DNA of 39,593 bases from an uncultured Candidatus Saccharibacteria bacterium. GTDB taxonomy: Bacteria > Patescibacteriota > Minisyncoccia > Phycocordibacterales > UBA9973. This document shows, in pieces, positions 36,401-39,593 of this stretch. The DNA lies in contig CAZTHH010000001.1 in NCBI GenBank assembly GCA_964613545.1, forward strand, positions 1 to 39,593, read 5' to 3'. The notes beneath the pieces were generated by a model. The model made no database searches. It worked only from the letters and a program-made list of their open reading frames with translations, and had not been told where the DNA came from. The stretch's first letter is position 1. Each line of letters starts with the position of its first letter. Made by a program: the position numbers and the translations under genes.

Positions 36401-37544
36401 AAACATCACGCTCAAATTCACAAAAGAAGAACAAGATGAGCTCAATCAACTCATTAAAGAATTCTATGCGCTTTCACCAAATCTAAAGAATAGCGTTGAT
36501 GTCGCAAGTGAACAAGACAAAAAAATCCAGTACGATAAGCTTACTGCTGTATCTAATGCTCTTACTGAACAATGCGTGCAAGATAAAGCAATTGCTTCAT
36601 ACAAAGGACCGAAAGAAACAATGCGAAATCCATACTTTACCACTGACCCAAACTACTATTATCTTTCACAAGATGCTTCATACGACATGAAAGATGCATC
36701 ATTCGTATCACAAATTGCAGCAAACTTCTATCGTTTTACAAAAAAAGTCTACGATGTAAATGACACAGATCAAACTGACAAGGTAGTAGGTACTGATACT
36801 GATTACTGGAATCACCAGCGCGCATTTAGTTATCACCCAGATGAACCTTCTGGTGTAGACAATAGTCCTGGATGGCTCGGTAAGTGGGATGAAAAGATCA
36901 AAATTTACGAAACTAGTTACCCAGGAAGCGTGTACCCAGCACTCGCAAAGAAAAACCACTACCTCGCCGCTAACGTAGGGTATGCCCTCGACAAAGTATT
37001 AGGATTACGTGACACAAATGAAGACTGTTTAGATGCAAGTACTGGATACTTTGCTAAAAATGATAAAGATGTTTGTTACAACAGACCAGCGTACGGGCTC
37101 TACGACATAAAAAATATTGTAGACAAAGCATGGAGAGAAGGACGTAAACTCAAAGATAGTGAAATTCTAAGAGCGACAGCTGCACCAAACTGGAACCAAA
37201 TAATAAAAGGGGATTACGAAATACGATCTATTCAAGAAACATTAGATATTTATATAAATCCTCCTTATGGTGACGTTAAAGGTAAATACTTCTGTAATTT
37301 CGGCTCTGATACAACAAAAGATATTTTGGCAAATATTAGCCCAGACAATCACAGTCAAATTGTCTGCCCACTATTTAAAAGCTTAAGGGGTAATCTAGAT
37401 CTCTTAAAGACAACAGATATTCATGAGCTCAAACGCACTATTGATGATTATGCACTCCGCCTAAAATCAGGAGACCCAGCACTCTTCTACTGGAAGAATG
37501 CAATGCCTGACCAAAGCTTTGAAGCACAATTCCAAATCTGGTAA
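33498..37544 (+). CDS. Giant surface protein (1348 aa) with 12 Cys-bracketed Asp-rich (Ca-binding-like) modules
   Basis: N-terminal TM anchor ALIITFIVALGLLMGVYYLFF. Thr/Gly-rich low-complexity linkers (about nt 34575-34765). Twelve CxDGxDNDGDGxxDxxDPxCH repeats. Roughly 420-aa non-repetitive C-terminal domain. Confidence 0.85.
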   Translation: MEQNPKRTKALIITFIVALGLLMGVYYLFFSGNAPFSTKSGGTAKSFFPFLGTSKNKDLNTIQNGESGPVLTGGETTTDTSGTGMLAGGQSNGTSGGTSTNDQITGGDTTTTDGTSTGQGTNTGGITTPLTQCADGIDNDGNGVLDADDASCHTDNNIADTYTPEKTLEFTIPTKNFPIPTSTFIPQCSDKKDNDGDGKIDTQDPGCHTDNDIAKPYDKNRVTEFSLDSTKGKIDACVVSSGTIPSTGGTIPVPTGPIVIPQCSDGIDNNNDGPFDIQDPGCHSDLNPNNGLSYNPQKVLEMITAPSIPQCSDGLDNDGNGLRDAQDPTCFIVPADPKSYNPMLSPEGKGFSNGVPVPVPATTTGTTTTTGSGTTTTGGVFGPATTTTGGTGTSGTTNGGSTAGSTVGGGAVGGTVGGGAGGAIITQCSDGLDNDLDGKADALDPGCHSDKNPQNNGQNGTPNTYDPKINLEIIAKKEQKSLFAGLWQSLKENTAGNKVLSKIVLAVNTPTATLQVAGSPAGTLTGVPTLATPLSTTTGSTVITSTAVNSGVPIQTLSGIQTLPLTMFGIYPGQQLPLTPDQLSAYLDSLGANKQVVDSNGIICPDTKNNPVITQCSDGKDNDGDKKIDAQDPGCHFDLNARNTKSYTPTKNDEKEVLPQCSDKLDNDKDGKFDSADPDCHYDFNPLNPGSFLKTKNSEASITNGNGSGNGGALGYIPQCRDGLDNDGDGLSDKLDPGCHLDLNAKNASSYIGDKTSELDFIPACIDGKDNDGDGLSDANDPGCHWDLNAARVELCSDGKDNDGDKLADKNDPACHTDGNASNILSYDKDLGVDTYTPYKYSEFNLVPQCRDFDANGKARDNDGDGLANDLDPGCHTDLNASHNGKKGAINTYDPEKTLELNYVPQCSDGKDNDKDGLLDDKDPGCYINKNVAVAKDYNPEDSNEMEFDWNGNKGTATKTTAPNCPDTNITLKFTKEEQDELNQLIKEFYALSPNLKNSVDVASEQDKKIQYDKLTAVSNALTEQCVQDKAIASYKGPKETMRNPYFTTDPNYYYLSQDASYDMKDASFVSQIAANFYRFTKKVYDVNDTDQTDKVVGTDTDYWNHQRAFSYHPDEPSGVDNSPGWLGKWDEKIKIYETSYPGSVYPALAKKNHYLAANVGYALDKVLGLRDTNEDCLDASTGYFAKNDKDVCYNRPAYGLYDIKNIVDKAWREGRKLKDSEILRATAAPNWNQIIKGDYEIRSIQETLDIYINPPYGDVKGKYFCNFGSDTTKDILANISPDNHSQIVCPLFKSLRGNLDLLKTTDIHELKRTIDDYALRLKSGDPALFYWKNAMPDQSFEAQFQIW
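33891..36278 (+). repeat. Array of 12 in-frame coding repeats (about 22-aa Cys-DxDxDG-Cys module plus variable spacer)
   Basis: Repeated DNA words such as attccacagtgtagtga (three copies) and a 27-nt identical pair at 35670-35696 and 35805-35831. Confidence 0.85.
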
Positions 37545-37553
37545 TAGTGATAC

Positions 37554-37591
37554 AAAAAACACCCTATTAAAAATTTTAATAGGGTGTTTTT
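37554..37591 (+). terminator. Intrinsic terminator after the 1348-aa gene
   Basis: AAAAAACACCCTATTAAAA / TTTTAATAGGGTGTTTTT long stem followed by a T-run. Confidence 0.8.
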
Positions 37592-37594
37592 GCT

Positions 37595-37623
37595 TTCATT
37601 CTGATAGATAAAGGTGATATAAT
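37595..37623 (+). promoter_or_regulatory. Promoter with extended -10 (TTCATT-17-TGaTATAAT)
   Basis: TGaTATAAT 37615-37623. A roughly 27-nt leader containing AAAGGAAA (37639-37646) precedes the GTG at 37657. Confidence 0.55.
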
Positions 37624-37656
37624 AATCATACAGCATATAAAGGAAATTATTACTTT

Positions 37657-39593
37657 GTGAAAAAGATTTTCTCATCCATTTTCATACTTGTCATCACCGC
37701 GTCTCTCTTCGCGCCTTTTAGTGTAAACCTACAAGACAATAAAATAACACCGAGCATAGCTGAGGCAGGTACTAATTGTAAATTTGTCAGTACCGCATTC
37801 AGCCCAGCAGGACAACAGGCTAAAGGATGGAAAGCAGCAAAACCAAAACCTGGAGTGACCTTAACAATAGAAACTTCAGATTGTATTGGGGAAATTTTTA
37901 ATGGGTTTTTATACGAACATGATGGATGGAGTGCAAATGACAGTATACTTTCCATCTCAGATCATAAAATCACTCAAAATAAATTAGTTATTGACCTAAC
38001 ACCAGGAGAAGAAGGCTGTAATAATGGTGACTGCCAAATAATATATCGTTTATTTCTACAACACGGGGACAAATCCCCTGGTAACTTTGCAGTATATAAT
38101 TCAGGAGATGTATCCGGTGCAGCAGATGAACTCGACTATGATTGTGCCGACCCAACAAATTGCATACAAACAGATTCATGGATAGAAAACCAAGCAACTG
38201 GTGCTCAACAATTAAGACAAATAACTGCGAGTATTGTATCGGGGAAAGATACGCTAACAATATCCGGAGATGATCCTGATACAACAAGACTAACACTTTT
38301 AGGAACAACAGATACACTAACAATAGGAATTTACGACAGCTCAGATACCCTCCTTGCCCCAGGAACAGTTGGTGGAAAAAATCCTTTTGTATACAACATC
38401 GTAAATGATTTAGTAAAAAATGGGGGAGGAGTAAAATACAATACAATATTTAGTGGGCTACAACCAGCAACAACATACACCATTAAACTTAAACCTTCTT
38501 TTGCGAATACTGCTCTTATTAATCTAAACCAAGAACAAAATATTTCAGCAACAACACTGGATGCAAACGGGCAAGTGGTTAATCCAAATGGAACAGTTGA
38601 ACAAAACACTTTGGGTAAACAACAAAACCCTGATGGGTTACCTATATGTAGCTTAAATCCTTGGGCCACCAAAGGTACATTCACTGGCTGTTTACTTCAA
38701 GCATTTTATTATCTCGTATTTGAACCAACCTCTTGGCTTTTTGCAAAAGCAGGGCAATTCTTTGATAGCACCTTTGCATATTCTATTTCTGATACTTCGT
38801 ACCGTACGGGGTTCGTAGTCGGGGGATGGGGAATTGTACGTGATATCTGTAATGTGTTCTTTATTTTTGTGCTTCTCTATGTTGCCTTCTCTACCATCCT
38901 CAATATTCATGGATTTAAAACAAAAGAAATGATTATCAATGTAGTCCTCATTGGTATCCTGATAAACTTTAGTTTGTTTACGACACAAGTTATTATCGAT
39001 ACTTCAAATATACTAGCAAGAGTATTTTATAATTCAGAAAGTATCCGGCAAGAAAAAGAAAAACCAAATCAGCAATCAGGAGATACGAAAAGCCAATTAA
39101 ATGAAATTTCGCTCTCTGCAGGATTAGTAGGGAAAATTGACCCCCAAAAAATCCTTGCTGCACAAAGCTCTGTTTCCACAAATGCAATTGGTGAAGACGC
39201 AGATAACACAACATGGTTCATTACTATTCTGATGTCGAGTATTTTAAACGTCGTCGGATTTATTACTTTCCTCACCGTTGGTCTGTTATTTATCGCTCGA
39301 GTAATTGGGTTATGGATTGCTATGGTTGTCGTGCCTTTTGCATTCTTTTCATACACAGTACCGGCAATGCAGGGAATGGATACATTAGGCTGGAAGAAGT
39401 GGTGGCCGGAAACCTTAAAGATGGCATTTATGGCACCAGTCTTTATGTTCTTTATTTATATTCTTCTCCGATTCGTTGAAAAAGGATTTAATATGGTAGC
39501 AGATTCTCAAGGTACAGGAGCGACTGGTAGTGGAATGCTCGCAGTGATTATCCCGTTCCTTTTCATTATGATTTTCCTTCTTAAGGCAAAAGA
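37657..39593 (+). CDS. Polytopic membrane protein with large N-terminal ectodomain, possibly VirB6/TrbL-like (3' end beyond window)
   Basis: Open reading frame from GTG 37657 to the window edge (645 codons, no stop), translated by hand and absent from the supplied track. Signal peptide VKKIFSSIFILVITASLFAPF, a roughly 340-aa Cys-containing domain, then at least 6 hydrophobic helices (e.g. ICNVFFIFVLLYVAFSTIL, ILNVVGFITFLTVGLLFIARVIGLWIAMVVVPFAFF). The CDS call is solid; the family assignment is weak. Confidence 0.8.
   Translation, partial: MKKIFSSIFILVITASLFAPFSVNLQDNKITPSIAEAGTNCKFVSTAFSPAGQQAKGWKAAKPKPGVTLTIETSDCIGEIFNGFLYEHDGWSANDSILSISDHKITQNKLVIDLTPGEEGCNNGDCQIIYRLFLQHGDKSPGNFAVYNSGDVSGAADELDYDCADPTNCIQTDSWIENQATGAQQLRQITASIVSGKDTLTISGDDPDTTRLTLLGTTDTLTIGIYDSSDTLLAPGTVGGKNPFVYNIVNDLVKNGGGVKYNTIFSGLQPATTYTIKLKPSFANTALINLNQEQNISATTLDANGQVVNPNGTVEQNTLGKQQNPDGLPICSLNPWATKGTFTGCLLQAFYYLVFEPTSWLFAKAGQFFDSTFAYSISDTSYRTGFVVGGWGIVRDICNVFFIFVLLYVAFSTILNIHGFKTKEMIINVVLIGILINFSLFTTQVIIDTSNILARVFYNSESIRQEKEKPNQQSGDTKSQLNEISLSAGLVGKIDPQKILAAQSSVSTNAIGEDADNTTWFITILMSSILNVVGFITFLTVGLLFIARVIGLWIAMVVVPFAFFSYTVPAMQGMDTLGWKKWWPETLKMAFMAPVFMFFIYILLRFVEKGFNMVADSQGTGATGSGMLAVIIPFLFIMIFLLKAK

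Noticed and set aside
37650-39479. Track ORFs listed across this region: minus-strand 37650-37955, 37988-38446, 38331-38684, 38692-38988, 38993-39214 and 39069-39356, plus plus-strand 39213-39479.
   Set aside because: They are fragmented and low-complexity, and each lies antisense or out of frame to a single uninterrupted 645-codon plus-strand frame that has a signal peptide and TM helices.

Overview
AT-rich, densely coding chromosomal segment with about 30 genes. The compact housekeeping set, an archaeal-style bifunctional PGI/PMI, several very large secreted or membrane proteins and the near absence of Shine-Dalgarno sequences suggest a small-genome bacterium of the Candidate Phyla Radiation/Patescibacteria; this is inference, not a search result. 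Recognisable genes in order: cca, xth, xerC-like recombinase, rpsO, NYN/LabA-like protein, LbH protein, SDR-type threonine dehydrogenase, kbl, glmS, PGI/PMI, pnp, DksA/TraR-like protein, yifB/comM-type ATPase, PG-binding protein, LysM-M23 peptidase, UvrD/PcrA helicase and rsmA. No rRNA, tRNA, CRISPR array or clear mobile element was seen. Five observations stand out. (1) A 10-kb envelope cluster (29177 to the window end) encodes a membrane anchor, an 1140-aa protein, a 1348-aa protein with 12 Cys-bracketed DxDxDG modules, and an open-ended GTG-start ORF missing from the supplied track whose topology resembles VirB6/TrbL. (2) Two paralogous Cys-rich multi-zinc-ribbon proteins (594 and 570 aa) flank a TrmB-like regulator whose promoter carries a palindrome. 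(3) An 872-aa membrane protein is paired with a 99-aa acidic protein. (4) About 15 genes have a -10 box, often TGn-extended, exactly 6-7 nt before the ATG, implying widespread leaderless mRNAs. (5) Several strong RNA/DNA hairpins are not explained by simple termination. All functional calls rest on motifs read by eye; no database search was possible.
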